NCBI GenBank assembly: GCA_963714015.1
Contig: OY970223.1
Location: 992,001-1,056,000 of the forward strand
Source of the DNA: Vulcanimicrobiota bacterium
GTDB taxonomy: Bacteria; Vulcanimicrobiota; Vulcanimicrobiia; Vulcanimicrobiales; Vulcanimicrobiaceae
Reading direction: 5' to 3'
DNA length: 64,000 nt
The position numbers and the translations under genes are program-made. The notes under the pieces are model-generated. The model was given only the letters and a program-made list of their open reading frames with translations, was not told where the DNA came from and did no database searches. This document shows positions 61,653 through 64,000 of this stretch, piece after piece; the first letter of the stretch is position 1, and each line of letters opens with the position of its first letter.

Positions 61653-63407
61653 CTAAACGGGGGCGCTCCGCTTGGAAACCAACTCGAGTTCGAGCGATAG
61701 CCGCTGCATCTCAGCGCGGGTGCGAGCCGCCTCAATGTGATCGAACGCCCAGCCGGCGTTCTGCGAGAGGCCGGCCAGCATTTGTCGTTCGGCGGAATTG
61801 ATCGTTGCGCCGTTCGTGTGCGCCCCATAAAAAACGACGCCGAACAGATCGCCGCGTGCTTTGATCGGAATCGCGAGCAGCGGCGCTTCAATACCGCCGG
61901 GCAGCTCGGCGGTACGCCACCCAAGGCGCGTAATGGAAAGCGGTGCGCGCGTCGCGCGGAGCTGAGGAATTAGTTCGTCCGTACGGTCGATATGGTGCAA
62001 CTCTTTGGCGCTCCAGCCGGTGGATGATATGCGCGTGAGCGAGCCGTCATGTCCGGACGTGCAGAACAGTGCCGCGGATGCGAGATCGAGTGCGCGAACC
62101 GGCTCGTTCACCAAAAACACGGCAATGGGCTGCTCGGCATCGGCATATAGCATGGATTCTGCGACGTGATGCAAGTGTTTCTCCGCAAGGTGTTCCTTGC
62201 GAAAAAAAATGGCATCGATCAACGTATCGACGCGCTTGTGAAGCGCGTTCAGCGTAAAACCGAGGAGCACGGCGACCGCGATGCCGGAGTAGGCGGCCGC
62301 GGTGCTTCCTTCAAAGATACGCCCCGCTGCCCATTCGACGACCGCGAATATCGCGACGAGTATCGCAGTGATGGCGGCGTAGACGATTGCCCGGCTTACT
62401 GCAAAACGAACGTCGATCACGCGATATTGCGTCATAGCGTACAGCAGGCCCAGTCCGAGAAACACCGGCGAGAGCACCCACAACGGATACGCGATCGCGC
62501 TCGGAAGATATGCTTCGGCATGATACGCGTCGAGCGGGATCAATTGCGGCACCACCAATTGCAACGCAATTGCATACGCGATTGCCGAGACGACCCAGGC
62601 AATGCGCTGCTTGTGCGCGCTGCGCCCCGTGAAGTACGCTTCGATCAATACCGCAAGTGTCAACGCAGAGATCGCAAAGTCCCAAGCCAAATCCCACGCC
62701 GCGAGCTGCAATCCAGGCAGCCGGTTCAGCACTAGGTAGAGACTGACCGTGTGGGCCGCGCTCAACGCCACAGCGCCGGAGAAGCAGGCCAGGATCAGGC
62801 CGCGGTGCCAACTTCGATGCTCGTGCGCGAGAAACGTAACGGAGAAAAACAGCAGAGCGACCGGCATGAGCGGAGCAGTTGAAGTGTTCAACCAGTCGTG
62901 GAGAACGAAGAAAGGATATGGCCAGTACTGATTGTTGAGCGCGATCGTCTGCAGCCACGCAAAGGCCAAGAAAGCCCAGGTCGCGCGCTGCGGTCGAAGC
63001 ATAAGCAGTGTGCACGCGATAATTAACAAGATGATGCTGATGGGGCGTTTCACTGGGCTCCATAGGTCGATGGGTTGTGCCGTTTCACGCAGGACGACCG
63101 TCCTGGATCGCCCGGCGTGGTCGATGACGTACGGCAGTTCAGTTCCTGTAACTCTTCCGCTAAAAAGAGTGGCCATCGGCGTGCGTTGCCAATCGACGAT
63201 GTCGCCGGGAACGATACCGGCAAGCGCAGCCGAACTATTCGGTCTCACGGCGATGATCAGTCTACCGGACTCGATTTTCGTGGCTGCTTGTTCGGTTACG
63301 ATGCCGTCGTCGCCGCGATGCAGCATACCCCAAAGGGAAATAAGCACATAAATAATTCCCAGGAGCGTGATCAGCGCGGCTAAAGCGCGCTGCATATGCG
63401 TGTCCAC
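61653..63407 (-). CDS. PDZ + multi-TM + GAF-like membrane protein without output domain
   Basis: SSAALAGIVPGD PDZ; YAMTQYRVIDV; IP..ARGDLFGVVFYGAH; GTG start after GGAGGG. Confidence 0.8.
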   Translation of the reverse strand: MDTHMQRALAALITLLGIIYVLISLWGMLHRGDDGIVTEQAATKIESGRLIIAVRPNSSAALAGIVPGDIVDWQRTPMATLFSGRVTGTELPYVIDHAGRSRTVVLRETAQPIDLWSPVKRPISIILLIIACTLLMLRPQRATWAFLAFAWLQTIALNNQYWPYPFFVLHDWLNTSTAPLMPVALLFFSVTFLAHEHRSWHRGLILACFSGAVALSAAHTVSLYLVLNRLPGLQLAAWDLAWDFAISALTLAVLIEAYFTGRSAHKQRIAWVVSAIAYAIALQLVVPQLIPLDAYHAEAYLPSAIAYPLWVLSPVFLGLGLLYAMTQYRVIDVRFAVSRAIVYAAITAILVAIFAVVEWAAGRIFEGSTAAAYSGIAVAVLLGFTLNALHKRVDTLIDAIFFRKEHLAEKHLHHVAESMLYADAEQPIAVFLVNEPVRALDLASAALFCTSGHDGSLTRISSTGWSAKELHHIDRTDELIPQLRATRAPLSITRLGWRTAELPGGIEAPLLAIPIKARGDLFGVVFYGAHTNGATINSAERQMLAGLSQNAGWAFDHIEAARTRAEMQRLSLELELVSKRSAPV

Positions 63408-63819
63408 GGCGTCCCTCCGCGCTTTAGGTTCGTGCCCCTGCGGGAGGCGGCCTCGCTGGGCCGCGGGCTGCTTCGGAAGGCCAGCGTTCTCGGCGCTTGT
63501 GGGGTCTGTTAGCTCGGATCCCACCCGGTATTGGTATATCCCGCACCTGACGGGTTCACGCTCGCGGCTTGACGCTGAACTAGATCTACCGGTCGTTCTA
63601 GGTGCGATGCACTAGCTCCAAACGAGTGAGTCACTGCAGACATCGGGTTAGTTTGAGGGGTGTCCGTGGCACCGCTTGGCACGGACTGGAACAACCCGCG
63701 GCGGTCGCGGCAGCAGTGTACTAGGCCGCCTAACCGCTAGTAGCCGTCGATGGTCAAAACACCCAATATTTCCTATCTTCCGCGGCCGCTGCTACGCACG
63801 GCACCCTCTGGGGTGCTTA

Positions 63820-63843
63820 TTCGATTCCTACACTTTCCGGCCA
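63820..63843 (+). repeat. att-like direct repeat of the selC 3' end
   Basis: 23/24 match to 58590-58613. Confidence 0.9.
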
Positions 63844-64000
63844 ATTTTCAAGAACGGTTGATCCCTCGGGCGTTTTTCTCCGTTCTTATCGATGCGTGGA
63901 AACGCACCTGAACGCTTCCGTGCAAATCCATCGACACAGACCGCCTGCAGCAGTCTCTGAGGGCGTTTCAGGAGCCGGTTGTTATTTGAACGAGCGGACT

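Larger units (their letters stand above)
58614..63843. mobile_element. Decayed genomic island integrated at the selC 3' end
   Basis: TTCGATTCCTACACTTTCCCGCCA (58590-58613) recurs as TTCGATTCCTACACTTTCCGGCCA (63820-63843), 23/24 identical; interior has gene fragments. Confidence 0.8.

Overview
GC-rich bacterial chromosome window, mostly housekeeping genes: HU, galE-like epimerase, comEC, comEA, leuS, rsfS-yqeK-rimI-tsaB-tsaE, gyrA, trxA, selA-selB, add, clpB, typA and tRNA-Sec. The mix of a TonB-dependent receptor with Terrabacteria-like genes suggests Ca. Eremiobacterota/Vulcanimicrobiota; this is an inference, not a search result. About a dozen genes, including essential gyrA, are broken by single extra bases, which points to sequencing or assembly insertion errors rather than biology. 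The most notable observations are: (1) a multi-pass membrane uORF ending in RGPP, whose stop-codon region base-pairs with the Shine-Dalgarno of the downstream TonB-dependent receptor, a candidate ribosome-arrest metal sensor; (2) a hierarchical, frame-preserving array of 45-bp hairpin units directly upstream of gyrA; (3) a decayed ~5.2-kb island at the 3' end of selC, bounded by a 24-bp att repeat and carrying two PDZ-TM-GAF receptors with no output domain; (4) several small ORFs and gene remnants absent from the ORF track.
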